A stretch of 47,849 bases of DNA from Nitrospirota bacterium. GTDB taxonomy: Bacteria; Nitrospirota; Leptospirillia; Leptospirillales; Leptospirillaceae. The position numbers and the translations under genes are program-made. The stretch covers positions 1 through 47,849 of the forward strand of contig DAHXNG010000030.1 in the NCBI GenBank assembly GCA_027366615.1, in the 5' to 3' direction. Numbering within the stretch: position 1 is the first letter of the stretch; the number at the start of each line of letters is the position of its first letter. Positions 35,697 to 46,440 of the stretch are shown here, one piece after another. The notes under the pieces were generated by a model. That model searched no databases. It saw nothing but the letters and a program-made list of their open reading frames with translations, and had not been told where the DNA came from.

Positions 35697-36758
35697 TTAC
35701 AAGCGTTGCAACCACTCCGCGGCCGGAACGCCGGGGGAGCGCTCCCAGGCTCTTCTCCCGCATTCAAAGAGGTGATTTCCGTCACTTATGATCGTCGCGA
35801 GCTCTTTCGCACAGGTCTCGGTGTCGGACAACCGGCTCTCCTCCCAGCACCACCCGCCACCCGCTTCCGAAACAGCCAGAGCGTTGGCCTTCTGGTGCCC
35901 CCCCGCCGAATGAGGGAACGGGCAATAGATCGCCGGGGTCCCGGAGGCTGTGATTTCAGCGACCGTCATGGCCCCTGCGCGGGCGAAAACAAGCGACTGC
36001 TCCCCAAAAAGAGAGGCGATTCCCGGCAAAAATCCCGTCACCCGCGCCGAGACTCCGAATTTTTTATAGCGCGCCTCGGTGTCGGAGAGCCATCGCTCCC
36101 CGCTCTGGTGGATTACCTCGATCCTGCCTTCCCCCAACGTCCTGAGCGCCAAGGCCACTATCCCCGGGACCCTCTCGTTTATGGTCCGCGCTCCCTGGCT
36201 TCCCCCCATGACGAGTAGCCGGAGGGGGGACCGCGCAAAGCGATCAGGATCAGGCGGTGCCTTTCGAACATCGGGAGCCAGGGGGATCCCGCCTCCGCTA
36301 TCCCAGCCATTGACGACTCGAGAGACAAAGGGAGCCAGGGCCCTGTTGGCCAAGCCCGCGATCCTGTTGGGTTCGACAAGGACGCAGGGAACCCCAAGAA
36401 TTCTTGCGGCGGCAATGACCGGAACCTGAACGTAGCCACCCGTGCCGATTACGAGACCGGGAGAAAGACGGCGAATCAGCTCCAGAGCGGCCCGTGTCCC
36501 CCGGAGAATGGCGACCCCGCCAGAAATCTTCCCTAATAGGGACTTTCCCACCAGACCGCCCGCGCTGACAGGAACAAAAGGGATTCCCGCCCGCGCTGAC
36601 AGCCTTTCCTCAAGACTCCCCGGCGTTCCGGCATAGGTAACGGGGTCCGTCGACAGAGTCCTGTGCGCCAGGGCCAGTTCAATCGCCGGAATCACATGTC
36701 CCCCCGTTCCTCCTCCGGTGACGAGAAGTCCCCGATTGAAATCATAGAGCCCGGACAT
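35697..36758 (-). CDS. murG: MurG glycosyltransferase
   Basis: GGGTGGH, GTGGY, GGSQGA, RAGA.T and HQ..NA motifs. Confidence 0.95.
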   Translation of the reverse strand: MSGLYDFNRGLLVTGGGTGGHVIPAIELALAHRTLSTDPVTYAGTPGSLEERLSARAGIPFVPVSAGGLVGKSLLGKISGGVAILRGTRAALELIRRLSPGLVIGTGGYVQVPVIAAARILGVPCVLVEPNRIAGLANRALAPFVSRVVNGWDSGGGIPLAPDVRKAPPDPDRFARSPLRLLVMGGSQGARTINERVPGIVALALRTLGEGRIEVIHQSGERWLSDTEARYKKFGVSARVTGFLPGIASLFGEQSLVFARAGAMTVAEITASGTPAIYCPFPHSAGGHQKANALAVSEAGGGWCWEESRLSDTETCAKELATIISDGNHLFECGRRAWERSPGVPAAEWLQRL

Positions 36759-37965
36759 GGCTCTTCACTTCTGCGTCTGCACGCTCTGCCAAAGACTCCT
36801 TTTTCACGACCCGGTAGCGGGAGACTGACAGAATGATCCCCACCCCCCAGGCATTCGACATGAGGGAGGAGCCCCCGAAGCTCATGAACGGAAGAGGAAT
36901 CCCCTTGGTCGGGAAGATCCCGGTGACAACCCCCAGGTTCATGAGGGCCTCGAGAACGATCGACATGGTGAGCCCCTGAACCAGAATCCGCCCGAGAAAG
37001 TCGGGCGCCCGGGCGGCCGTCTTCATCCCTGCGACGAAGATGATGATGAAGACGCCGACCACCGCCACCGACCAGAAAAAACCCAGCTCCTCGCCGACTA
37101 GCGCAAAGATAAAGTCCGTTCCTGGCTCAGGAAGCACCCCTCCCCCCACCCAGTCGTGCCCCAGACCCTGACCCCAGATTCCTCCCGACCCGATGGCGAC
37201 CAGACTCTGCCCCAACTGCGTTCCCAGGGTCTGGGTCGCATTGTGCGTCCGGGCGAAGTTGTGGAAACGGGCAATCGCATAGGCATGATGCAGGAGAAAA
37301 ACGGCGGCGCAGATTCCCAACACTCCCAGGAGCACGCCGATCTGGCGAAGGCTCACCCCCGACAGAAAGAGCATGGCGAGCATGACGATCACGATGAAAA
37401 GGTCGGAGCCGAAGTCGGGCTCGTGAAGGATAAGGGCCAGATAGGGGATCATCAGCAGGGCAAATCCCGCCGCCTTGTCCGGACGGATCTTGAATACGCC
37501 GCCCTTTCCTTCCTTCTGTCCGGCCTTTTCCCGCGCCAGAAGAGCTGCCATGAGAATGACCAGGATCACCCTCGCCACCTCGGAGGGCTGGAGCGTGAAG
37601 AAACCCATGTGCACCCATCGTCGCGCGCCGTTTAGTGTCACGCCCACGTGGGGAACGAGAAGGAGGAGCAGGGAGAAAAAGCCGGCTCCCCAGAGAAGCC
37701 CGCGTTTTTTTACCCAGAGATGGTAGTCGAGCCGGGCAACGGCCAGCATGACGAAGAGGGCGATTCCGGTCGATATGATCTGGCGCCAGAAGAGCTGGTA
37801 GGGGGAGTGCATGGCCAGCCGGGCCGACATGACGAGGGTCGCACCCAGCATCATGAGAAGAAAAACGACGACGGCGAGCGTCCCGTTCATGGGCCGAAGG
37901 GAGAGGAGCCCCTCTTCCGCCCCGCTCCCCGGAACCTTCTCCTCAAGCATTGCCCTCTGCTCCAT
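36742..37965 (-). CDS. ftsW: FtsW (SEDS family)
   Basis: NGARRW, QPSE, EPDFG, GSGG..G.G, TDFIF and P.KGIPLPF.S.GGSS motifs. Confidence 0.94.
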   Translation of the reverse strand: MEQRAMLEEKVPGSGAEEGLLSLRPMNGTLAVVVFLLMMLGATLVMSARLAMHSPYQLFWRQIISTGIALFVMLAVARLDYHLWVKKRGLLWGAGFFSLLLLLVPHVGVTLNGARRWVHMGFFTLQPSEVARVILVILMAALLAREKAGQKEGKGGVFKIRPDKAAGFALLMIPYLALILHEPDFGSDLFIVIVMLAMLFLSGVSLRQIGVLLGVLGICAAVFLLHHAYAIARFHNFARTHNATQTLGTQLGQSLVAIGSGGIWGQGLGHDWVGGGVLPEPGTDFIFALVGEELGFFWSVAVVGVFIIIFVAGMKTAARAPDFLGRILVQGLTMSIVLEALMNLGVVTGIFPTKGIPLPFMSFGGSSLMSNAWGVGIILSVSRYRVVKKESLAERADAEVKSHVRAL

Positions 37966-39412
37966 CTTCCCTCCTCTTTCCGCCGAATTTTTCCGCAAGC
38001 CGTCTTACGGCCTCCCGGAATCTCTCGCCCCGCTCTTCGTATCCGTGGAACATGTCGTAACTCGAACAGGCCGGCGAAAGCAGGACCATCTCTCCGGGGT
38101 CGGCCACAGAAAAGGCCCGTGCCACCGCCTCAAGGAAATCCTGGGCCTCTTCGAGTGGGACCTCTCCGCCAATTTCCCGGCGAATTTTCTCCCGCGCCTC
38201 CCCGAGGACAACCACCTCCCGGACATGTTTTTTTAGCCCCGGAATCAGGGGTCGGTAAGATCCCCCCTTGTCCCGGCCGCCCATGATCAGGACGACGTTC
38301 GGGTGATCGCTCTCAGGGAGCCCTGACAGGGCCGCTTCGACCGCTCCCACATTGGTCGCCTTGGAGTCGTTGACGAAGGAGACGCCCCGGACCGTGTCCA
38401 CCCATTCCATCCGGTGGGGAAGACCGGAAAAACTTGCAATCGCTTTTTCAAAGGCCTCAGGGGATACAGGCCGCCCCAATTGCCGGGAGAAAATGTGCGA
38501 AGCCAAAACGGAAAAGGCCAGATTCTGGAGGTTTCCTCCCCCTATCAGCCGATAGCCCGCGGTGGGAAGCCGAATATCGTTTTCGAGGCCCTGCGTTCGG
38601 AGAGCCCCCTCTTCTGGAACTATGCCCGGCCCGGGGAGCCCCGATTCGCCTCCAACAAAAACCGAACGGGCCTTTATGTTCGGAAGAAACTCTTCCCAGT
38701 CCTTCTGTGCCCCGTTCCAGAGAACGGTGGTGGTCTCTGGAAATCCCCTCACCACATGGAGCTTGGCCTGGCGATACTGTTCCAGGGAGTCGTACCGGTC
38801 GAGATGGTCAGGGGTGATATTGAGGAGAAGATAGAGATTGGGAGAGAAGGACTGCATCGACTCGGTCTGGAAGCTTGAGACCTCGATGACACCTACATCG
38901 TAGGGATCTTTTTTTCCGGCCTTCCGAGCCTCCCGAAGGATTCTTGCCCCTTCGGAGAAAGGGGTTCCGAAGTTTCCGCCCAAAAATGGCGAATATCCGA
39001 ATGACGTCAGCAGATGGGCGATCAGGGCCGTGGTCGTGGACTTCCCGTTCGTCCCTGCGATGGCGATCACCGGAAGGTCCCAGAGAGAGGCGGCCCACTC
39101 GAGCTCCCCCCGTACATGGGGAAAGGGGGGCGCCACAGCCTTTCCCGACCAGAGGACAGGAGGAATCCCTGGACTCATCACCACCGGCCCTGCCCACTCC
39201 CCGATCCATGGTCCGATCCTCTTTCCCTCGAGAACCCGGCCACCCTCCTCCTTGACAGAAGCCCACAGGGCTCCATCGAAGGCGTGGGGATCATCATCGA
39301 CAAGGATCGGCCTCCCCCCGAGTTCCAGCACCAGTCGTGCCGCCTGAAGTCCGGAGCGCCCTGCCCCTGCCACCAGCACCTTATCCCCCCTCCCGACAAA
39401 TCGATCGGACAT
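37943..39412 (-). CDS. murD: UDP-MurNAc-L-Ala--D-Glu ligase
   Basis: SPG, GTNGKSTT, EVSSFQ, DHLDRY, NDSKATN and LSPAC.S.D motifs. Confidence 0.96.
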   Translation of the reverse strand: MSDRFVGRGDKVLVAGAGRSGLQAARLVLELGGRPILVDDDPHAFDGALWASVKEEGGRVLEGKRIGPWIGEWAGPVVMSPGIPPVLWSGKAVAPPFPHVRGELEWAASLWDLPVIAIAGTNGKSTTTALIAHLLTSFGYSPFLGGNFGTPFSEGARILREARKAGKKDPYDVGVIEVSSFQTESMQSFSPNLYLLLNITPDHLDRYDSLEQYRQAKLHVVRGFPETTTVLWNGAQKDWEEFLPNIKARSVFVGGESGLPGPGIVPEEGALRTQGLENDIRLPTAGYRLIGGGNLQNLAFSVLASHIFSRQLGRPVSPEAFEKAIASFSGLPHRMEWVDTVRGVSFVNDSKATNVGAVEAALSGLPESDHPNVVLIMGGRDKGGSYRPLIPGLKKHVREVVVLGEAREKIRREIGGEVPLEEAQDFLEAVARAFSVADPGEMVLLSPACSSYDMFHGYEERGERFREAVRRLAEKFGGKRREDGAEGNA

Positions 39413-39424
39413 CCCGGCCCCTTC

Positions 39425-40498
39425 CTATCTGAGCTTGAATGTGGAGAGTGCGACCAGTGCCAGGACCACCGAGACGATCCAGAACCGGACGATCACTTTG
39501 GGCTCGGAGAGACCGCCAAGCTCGAAGTGGTGATGAATCGGGGCCATACGGAAGATTCTCTTCTTTCTCAGCTTGTAGGAGCCGACCTGGAGGATAACCG
39601 AGACGGCCTCCGCCACGAAGACCCCCCCGACAAGAAGAAGCAGGAGCTCCTGGCGGGTCACGATCGCGGTCATCCCGATGACGCCGCCGATTGCCAGCGA
39701 GCCCGTATCCCCCATGAAAACCTGCGCCGGATAGGTGTTGAACCACAAAAATCCCAGGGCCGCACCCACCAGGGCCCCCATCACGACGGCAAGCTCTCCC
39801 GCCCCCGGAACCTCCAGAACCCGAAGGTAGGAGGCGAAAACGTGGTGTCCGACAAGGTAGCTGATGACGACGAAGGCCAGCCCCGCCACAATCGTTGGCC
39901 CCACAGCCAGACCGTCGAGGCCATCGGTAAGATTGACGGCGTTCGCCGTTCCCACAAGAACCGTGACGAGGAAGGGAAGGAGAAGGAGACCCAGGTCCGG
40001 GTTCAGGCTTTTCATAAAGGGGATGACGATCCGTCCGTCCCCGGAAAGCGTCGATGCGTACCAGAGGGAGAGACCGGCCCCGACACCGAGCTGCAGAAGA
40101 AATTTCTGGCGAGCCGAAAGCCCTTTCGAGCGTTTCTTGATCACCTTGAGATAGTCGTCTGTAAAACCGATCGCTCCGTTTGCCAGAAGGGAGAGGAGAA
40201 CCATCCAGACATATCGGTTGGAGAGGTCGGCCCAGAGAAGAACCGAGAGAATGAGCGAACCGACGATGAGGATCCCGCCCATCGTCGGGGTCCCCTTCTT
40301 CGACAGGTGGCTCTTGGGACCGTCGTCCCGAATCTCCTGGCCAATCTGGAGCTTTCGAAGAAGACCGATCAGCGTCGGACCGAGGAGAAGTGCAATGGCG
40401 AGAGCGGTCAGCGTTGCATAGATTGAGCGAAAGGTGATGTAGCGAAAGACATTGAGGACAGGAAAGGTGTTGTGGAGATAGAAGAGCTGGTAGAGCAT
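39425..40498 (-). CDS. mraY: Phospho-N-acetylmuramoyl-pentapeptide transferase
   Basis: KKGTPTMGG, DD, NAVNLTDGLDGL, FMGDTGSL and MAPIHHHFE motifs. Confidence 0.98.
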   Translation of the reverse strand: MLYQLFYLHNTFPVLNVFRYITFRSIYATLTALAIALLLGPTLIGLLRKLQIGQEIRDDGPKSHLSKKGTPTMGGILIVGSLILSVLLWADLSNRYVWMVLLSLLANGAIGFTDDYLKVIKKRSKGLSARQKFLLQLGVGAGLSLWYASTLSGDGRIVIPFMKSLNPDLGLLLLPFLVTVLVGTANAVNLTDGLDGLAVGPTIVAGLAFVVISYLVGHHVFASYLRVLEVPGAGELAVVMGALVGAALGFLWFNTYPAQVFMGDTGSLAIGGVIGMTAIVTRQELLLLLVGGVFVAEAVSVILQVGSYKLRKKRIFRMAPIHHHFELGGLSEPKVIVRFWIVSVVLALVALSTFKLR

Positions 40499-40501
40499 CG
40501 A

Positions 40502-41905
40502 CTAATCTCCTTCCAGAAGAGGGGCGACAACCTCTTCGAGTTTCATTCCCCGGGATCCCTTGACCAAAACAACATCTTCTCCCCCCGGACCCCGGCCCTC
40601 CCGGATATCCCGGTCAAATTCCGAAGCTGGGCGTACCGTCTCCTCTTTGCCGCCCCCCCGAAGATATCCCCGGAGGACGTCCGGAAGATGCTCTCCCCGA
40701 TACCAGAGAGTCTTGAGATTCAAGGAGGCGGCTTTTCGTCCCGCCTCCTCGTGAAAGGATCCACTCTCTTCCCCGAGTTCGAGCATGTCCCCCAGTACGG
40801 CAAAGCCCCTCCCTACCGGCCTGAGTGCTGCCTCCCTTCCAAGCCAGTCGAGAGCTTCGGCCATGGAGGCGGGGTTGGCGTTGTAATGGTCGAGAAGGAG
40901 AAGAAGACCTGAGGAATGAGTGCGCTTCTCCATCCGACCCGGAAAGCCCCGATAGGAGGAAAGGCGTTCAGCGGCGGCGGCCAGGTCGACACCCTCCTCT
41001 TCGAGAGCGGCCAGGGCAACCAGCATGCACCATCCGAGTGCCGCCGAAGGCCAGGGAAGAGGGACGGCGAGAGCCGGCTTTTCGACCTTGAGGACAAGAC
41101 CTTCCGGGGTTTCCACGAGCCGCCCCCGGAAGTCGCCCTCATCTCTCCCGTCGAGAGCGACCAGCCGAAGGCGGCGGGATTTGTCGGACAAGAGCGCAGC
41201 CATCGACTCTCCCCGGGCAACCGAGGCCGGAAGGATGCGCAAGCCCCCCTCTACCACCTCCTTTAAAAGCTTCGACTTTTCCCGCCAGACCTCCTGCACA
41301 CTTCCGAGGTTTTCGAGATGTCCCGGAGCGATCGCCGTGACAATGCCGGTATCGGAGGCGAGAAGGGGGGCGAGGTAGTCCATGTCCCCGGACTTTCTGA
41401 CTCCGGCCTCGAGAATGCACCAGCGGCGGTCTTCCGGCCATGAGAGGATCGTCAGGGGGACCCCGATTTCGTTATTTTCGTTTCCGGCACTCCCGTGGCT
41501 TTCTCCCGGGGGGAGTCCCGCCCGCAGAAGCTCCCGGGTTGTCGTCTTTCCGACAGACCCCGTCAGCGCGATAAGGCGGTGTCCAGCCCTTCGATGGGCA
41601 GAAAGAGCGAGGGCGCCCATCTCCCTTAAGGCTATGGTTGTGTCGGAGACAACGATCTGGGGAATTTTGACTGAAGGGGTGGCCCGCTCGACAATGGCCA
41701 GGAGCGCACCCCGGACTAAGGCTTCCTGGAGATGATCGTGGCCATCTGTTCTAGCTCCCCTTAGAGCCACAAAGATCTCTCCAGGAAGTATTTTTCGGGA
41801 GTCCGTTCCGGCATTTATCCAGGTGAGGGGCTCTCGAGGAGGCTCGCCTGCCCAGCGTCCCCTCAATGCCCCCAGAAGTTCGTCGCCGGTGCTGTACACC
41901 CTCAC
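40502..41905 (-). CDS. murF: UDP-MurNAc-tripeptide--D-Ala-D-Ala ligase
   Basis: TDSR, TGSVGKTT, NNEIGVP, D.YNANPASM, GDMLELG and KGSRG motifs. Confidence 0.94.
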   Translation of the reverse strand: MRVYSTGDELLGALRGRWAGEPPREPLTWINAGTDSRKILPGEIFVALRGARTDGHDHLQEALVRGALLAIVERATPSVKIPQIVVSDTTIALREMGALALSAHRRAGHRLIALTGSVGKTTTRELLRAGLPPGESHGSAGNENNEIGVPLTILSWPEDRRWCILEAGVRKSGDMDYLAPLLASDTGIVTAIAPGHLENLGSVQEVWREKSKLLKEVVEGGLRILPASVARGESMAALLSDKSRRLRLVALDGRDEGDFRGRLVETPEGLVLKVEKPALAVPLPWPSAALGWCMLVALAALEEEGVDLAAAAERLSSYRGFPGRMEKRTHSSGLLLLLDHYNANPASMAEALDWLGREAALRPVGRGFAVLGDMLELGEESGSFHEEAGRKAASLNLKTLWYRGEHLPDVLRGYLRGGGKEETVRPASEFDRDIREGRGPGGEDVVLVKGSRGMKLEEVVAPLLEGD

Positions 41906-43464
41906 TTTCTTTTCTCCATCCCAGAAAGAATCTCCCGGGCGGTCTCCCGATCGTCGAAATGGCTCTTTTCACGCCCGATGATCTGGTAGGGCTCGTGGCC
42001 CTTTCCCGCAATCAGGACCGCATCGCCGGGCGCCGCAAGTGAGAGGGCGCGGGCAATGGCGGTCCGCCGGTCCTCCTCCCGGTAAAAGGGCCGGCCACTC
42101 TCCCGGATCCCCGGCTCGATCTCGTCGATGATAGCCCCGGGGTCTTCCGTTCGCGGATTGTCGGAGGTCACGACGACGACATCCGAGAGCTCTCCTGCCA
42201 CCCGTCCCATCCGCGGACGCTTTCCCCGGTCCCTGTCCCCTCCGCACCCGAAGACCGTGATCACCCGGCCGGGAGTCAGGGGCCGGAGTGCCGTGAGCAC
42301 ATTCTTGAGGGCATCGTCGGTATGGGCGTAGTCCACAATCACCGCAAACGCACCCCCGGGATTGACCCGCTCGAAGCGACCGGGAACACCGGGGAGCTCC
42401 CGGATACCCTTTTCGATGGCGGAAGGGGAGAGGCCTATTGCCAGGGCGCATCCCACGGCACCCATGATGTTCTGGAGGTTGAAGTCTCCCGGAAGGTGCG
42501 CCTCGACCCGGATTTCTCCCCCCGGAATTACGAGAGAGCCTTCGATCCCGTCGAGAGAGATCCGAATTCCGTCGGGGCGGATGGATCGCTCCCCCGCATG
42601 GCCGTAGGTGAGAAGCCTCCGCCCTCCTTTTCGGGCAATTTCCCCGGCCAGCCTCTCTCCGTAAGGATCGTCGACGTTGATGACGGCCGGCGGCATCGTC
42701 CCGTCCGGATTGACCCAGTTTATGAGGCGGGACTTGGCCTCGAAGTACTCTTCGAAGCTCTTGTGGTAGTCGAGATGGTCCCGGGTCAGGTTGGTGAAGT
42801 GGACGGCGGAGAAGGTGGTCCCGGCCACGCGGTCCTGGGCCAGGGCATGGGAGGAGACCTCCATGGAAATCCCCGCCAGCCCGTTATCGAGCCCCTGCCG
42901 GAAGGCCCTCTGGAGGGTGAGGGCTCCCGGAGTCGTCTGCGGCGCCTCCGCAAGCCCCCCGCCCAGGTCGAACCAGACCGTTCCGATAAGTCCCGTCCTC
43001 TGGCCTGATGCCTCCAGGATGCTCCGTACGAGAAAACTCGAGGTCGTCTTTCCGTTTGTCCCCGTGACTCCGACGACCGAAAGCGACCCGCTCGGATCCC
43101 CCCACCAGGCGGAGGCGATCACTCCCGCCGCTTCCTGGATATTTTCCACCACGCAGACGGGGATCTGTGACGCTTGCGCCCCGCGCCTTTCCATGACATC
43201 GGGGAGATGCCTTCGGGCGACCACAAGAAGCGCGGCCCCTTTCTGAATTGCCTCGTCGAGATACCTTTTTTCGAACTCCCCTTCGGTCCTGAGAAGGAAG
43301 AGATTCCCTGTCCTGACCGTCCGGCTGTCGTCGGACAAGCCTGTGAGACGCTCCGGGAGGATTCCGGCAAGCGGTGGCGGAAGGTGGCGGACAAGCCATT
43401 CCTCTCCCCGCTCCCTCTCGCTTACTTCCGCTGCCATCCCTCCCCCCTTCCCCGTTTTCGTCAT
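41902..43464 (-). CDS. murE: UDP-MurNAc-dipeptide--meso-DAP ligase
   Basis: TGTNGKTT, MEVSSH, FTNLTRDHLDYH, DYAHT, DNPR (meso-DAP specificity motif) and AGKGHE. Start may be the second Met at 43437. Confidence 0.96.
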   Translation of the reverse strand: MTKTGKGGGMAAEVSERERGEEWLVRHLPPPLAGILPERLTGLSDDSRTVRTGNLFLLRTEGEFEKRYLDEAIQKGAALLVVARRHLPDVMERRGAQASQIPVCVVENIQEAAGVIASAWWGDPSGSLSVVGVTGTNGKTTSSFLVRSILEASGQRTGLIGTVWFDLGGGLAEAPQTTPGALTLQRAFRQGLDNGLAGISMEVSSHALAQDRVAGTTFSAVHFTNLTRDHLDYHKSFEEYFEAKSRLINWVNPDGTMPPAVINVDDPYGERLAGEIARKGGRRLLTYGHAGERSIRPDGIRISLDGIEGSLVIPGGEIRVEAHLPGDFNLQNIMGAVGCALAIGLSPSAIEKGIRELPGVPGRFERVNPGGAFAVIVDYAHTDDALKNVLTALRPLTPGRVITVFGCGGDRDRGKRPRMGRVAGELSDVVVVTSDNPRTEDPGAIIDEIEPGIRESGRPFYREEDRRTAIARALSLAAPGDAVLIAGKGHEPYQIIGREKSHFDDRETAREILSGMEKRK

Positions 43465-43512
43465 GCCCGGACTGTCCTCACTATCTCCTCACTGGTCACC
43501 GACTGTCCCCGC

Positions 43513-45213
43513 CTATTGCCTCTTTCCGACATCGGCCCTGACCATTGCCGTCGACTCTCTCGTTCCCCCGGCCGGGATCCTGAAGTGAACCAGAGCCATC
43601 TCCGCCACCTTCCGGAAGAGGGGCGCCGCAACCGTTCCCCCCCAGGAGATTCCCTTGGGCTGAATCACCACGACAAGGACGACAAGGGAGGGATGGGAGA
43701 CCGGAAGTACCCCGACAAAGGAGTCAACTGTCCGCGTCCTTGAATAGGCGTGGCGTTGGGGATCGTAGACCTCGGCGGTCCCGGTCTTTCCCGCAATGTC
43801 GAAGCCGGTGATCGCCGCACTGGCACCAGTCCCCGTAGGAGAGACCACGCCGGTCAGAAGAGAGAGGAGCGTCCGGGAGGTCTCTGGGGCGATCACCCGG
43901 CGCACCTTCACCGGGGCATGGCGTTCAATGACCTTCCCCGACGGATCGATCACCTTCGAGACAATATAGGGGCGCATCAGGACCCCGCCATTGGCGATGG
44001 CGCTGACGGCTGTTGCGAGCTGGATCGGCGTCACGCCGATCTCCTGCCCCATGGCGATCGTATAGATCGAGCGTCGGGACCAGCTCCTAGACGGCCGGAA
44101 AAATCCCCGACTCTCCCCCGGAAAGTCGATTCCGGTTTTCTGCCCAAAGCCGAATGCCCGGATATAGCGTTCGAAGGTTTCCGGTCCGAGCCGAAGGGCC
44201 ACCTGGGCGATCCCGATATTGCTCGAGTGGGCCAGGATGCCCCCGAGAGTCAACGACCCCATTGGTTCGGCATCGTGCAGGGTCCCCCCCGGAATGTGCA
44301 TCGATCCGTTATAGCAGAAGAAGGTCTCTTCCCCATTGACGCGATGCTCGTTCAAGGCGGCACTCGCCGTTACGAGCTTGAAGATCGATCCCGGCTCGTA
44401 GACGATGGAGACCCCTGGGCTCGCCCCCGCCCATCGTCCCTCCCCCCGGCTGGCGAGAGCCAGGATCGCTCCTGTGCGCGGGTCCATCACAAGAACGATC
44501 CCCCCTTGGGCCTTCGTCCTCTCGACCTCTTCGTCGAGGGCATCCTGTGCATAGGACTGGAGATTCGCAATCAGGGTGGTCTGAAGCGTGTCCCCGGAAA
44601 GTCTGTCGAGGCTCTTCGACTCCATCTGGAAATAGGATCGACCTCGTGCCGAGACCTCCCGGACGAGCTCCCCCCGGTGTCCCCTTAAAAGGGTGTTGTA
44701 ACCCTTTTCAAGGCCCGATGTCGGGGTCCCGTCGGATCGTATCCCCCCCACAACCTGACGGAAGATAGACCCATAGGGGTAGATACGGCGCTTTTCAGGA
44801 AGAAAGTAGAGACCTCTCACTCGCGAACCGATCTGACGGCGCTTCCCGGGGCTGATGTCATGGGCCAGCCAGACGAATCGGCCATGGCGCCTGAGGCGCC
44901 GTTCGATCGTCGTGTAAGGCATGCCGAGAATGGGAGCAAGCCGGGAGGCCAGAAGACGGCTTCCTCCGGTCTTCCGGATCTGCTCCGGATCGGCCGCGAG
45001 GCTCGTGACGATGCGGTTGTCCGCAAGAGGTTTTCCGTCGGCGGAAAGGATCATCCCCCGAGCCCCCTCCAGAGGAGAGAGTCTCTGTCTTTCTGTCAGG
45101 GAAAGTCTCTGGTACAGCGGGTAGTCGAGAACCTGCAGGGTAAAGAGGCGAGCAACCACGATCGCAAATCCGATCAGGACGCATGCCACTGCAATGGTTG
45201 TCCGAGTTTTCAT
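43513..45213 (-). CDS. ftsI: Class B penicillin-binding protein FtsI (PBP3)
   Basis: N-terminal TM; RG.I, R.YP.G, EPGSIFK (SxxK), SSN and GKTGT motifs. Confidence 0.95.
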   Translation of the reverse strand: MKTRTTIAVACVLIGFAIVVARLFTLQVLDYPLYQRLSLTERQRLSPLEGARGMILSADGKPLADNRIVTSLAADPEQIRKTGGSRLLASRLAPILGMPYTTIERRLRRHGRFVWLAHDISPGKRRQIGSRVRGLYFLPEKRRIYPYGSIFRQVVGGIRSDGTPTSGLEKGYNTLLRGHRGELVREVSARGRSYFQMESKSLDRLSGDTLQTTLIANLQSYAQDALDEEVERTKAQGGIVLVMDPRTGAILALASRGEGRWAGASPGVSIVYEPGSIFKLVTASAALNEHRVNGEETFFCYNGSMHIPGGTLHDAEPMGSLTLGGILAHSSNIGIAQVALRLGPETFERYIRAFGFGQKTGIDFPGESRGFFRPSRSWSRRSIYTIAMGQEIGVTPIQLATAVSAIANGGVLMRPYIVSKVIDPSGKVIERHAPVKVRRVIAPETSRTLLSLLTGVVSPTGTGASAAITGFDIAGKTGTAEVYDPQRHAYSRTRTVDSFVGVLPVSHPSLVVLVVVIQPKGISWGGTVAAPLFRKVAEMALVHFRIPAGGTRESTAMVRADVGKRQ

Positions 45214-45263
45214 CTGCCACGCCTTCGAGGGTGACTTGCGGTGATCCCCTCGCCCTGATTGTT

Positions 45264-45554
45264 TTACGGAACGTAGAGAACCTCTCCCGGGAGGGCTCTC
45301 TCAAGGTGATTCGCCCGGGCATAGGCCCTGAGACGCGACTCCCGCCCGAGGGCGATAAGATCCTCCTCGAGGGACTTTTCCCGGGACTCTCCGGACTGAA
45401 TCTGGAGATCAAGCGCCGTGACGCGGCGCTTGATCCGGACCGACCCGATCGAAACGGACATCGCCAGAAGAAGGGCCAGGATGCCGCAAAAGAAAAAAAG
45501 AAAGGCCAGAGGGCGTCTCCGCCAGAGGGGAAGAGCCTCCTCATCGTGGGACAA
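45264..45554 (-). CDS. ftsL: FtsL-like cell division protein
   Basis: Small single-TM plus coiled-coil protein between rsmH and ftsI; RLR.YAR..L motif. Assignment rests mainly on position. Confidence 0.68.
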   Translation of the reverse strand: MSHDEEALPLWRRRPLAFLFFFCGILALLLAMSVSIGSVRIKRRVTALDLQIQSGESREKSLEEDLIALGRESRLRAYARANHLERALPGEVLYVP

Positions 45555-46440
45555 GGAGGACCCCTCTCATGCGGGCGCTCCGCGCCCGGGGGTTTTCCGA
45601 AACCTCGACCTCACCCGGCGCGATGGAGCGGCGGAAGAGAAATTCGGCCCCCCCATCCGAAACCCACGAGCGAAAACGTCTCTTTACGATCCGGTCCTCC
45701 CCGGAATGAAAGCTTAGAACGATGAGACGACCTCCGGAGGCTTCAAGGAGCGTCCGGGAGCCGGCCAGGGAGTCCTCGAGATTTTCGTACTCCCCGTTGA
45801 CCCGGATCCTGAGCGCCATGAAGGCCCGGGTTGCGGGATGTCGCCGACTCCGTCGGAACCCCTTCCGGTAATAGACCCCGGAGACAAACGCGGCAAGAGC
45901 CGTGGTCGTCCGGGGAAGACGCCCTTCACGACGGGCCTGGACCAGCGCCCTCGCAATGGGAAGAGCCAAAGGCTCATCTCCTTCGGAGAAGAGCCGCTCA
46001 AGCTCGGACTCCGGCAGGGACTCGAGAAGATCTCCGGCGGTAGGCCCCGAGTCCGCGTCCAGCCGCATGTCGAGAGGTCCCTCTTCGGAAAACGAGAGCC
46101 CCCTCTCCGGATCCTCTCCCTGCAGGGTCGACCACCCGAGATCGAAGAGGATCCCCCGAACCGCATGGCCCGTCGCAGAGACGAGGGATGAGATCTCCCG
46201 ATTGTTCCCCCGGAGGATCTCAAGCCGGCCGGGAAAGAGGGGAAGGAGACTCTCTTCGGCCCTCAGCACCGCCTCCCGGTCCCGGTCGATGGCGACAACC
46301 GATCCCCCCCGCTCGAGGATCGCCCGTGTATGTCCTCCCCCCCCGAGGTTGGCATCCACATACCACTGGCCAGGTTGTATGTCGAGCCACTCCATCGTCT
46401 CGGCAAGCATGACCGGCCGATGCTCTCCCGAGAGCGTCAA
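45541..46440 (-). CDS. rsmH: 16S rRNA m4C1402 methyltransferase RsmH
   Basis: H.PVML.E, D..LGGGGHT, DLG.S, GPLDMR, SFHS.EDRIVK and NPRARSA motifs. Confidence 0.96.
   Translation of the reverse strand: MTLSGEHRPVMLAETMEWLDIQPGQWYVDANLGGGGHTRAILERGGSVVAIDRDREAVLRAEESLLPLFPGRLEILRGNNREISSLVSATGHAVRGILFDLGWSTLQGEDPERGLSFSEEGPLDMRLDADSGPTAGDLLESLPESELERLFSEGDEPLALPIARALVQARREGRLPRTTTALAAFVSGVYYRKGFRRSRRHPATRAFMALRIRVNGEYENLEDSLAGSRTLLEASGGRLIVLSFHSGEDRIVKRRFRSWVSDGGAEFLFRRSIAPGEVEVSENPRARSARMRGVLLVPR

Noticed and set aside
43465..43512. Short direct repeats (GACTGTCC x2, TCCTCACT x2) between ftsI and murE
   Set aside because: Only two 8-nt copies each, with no spacer periodicity or clear function.
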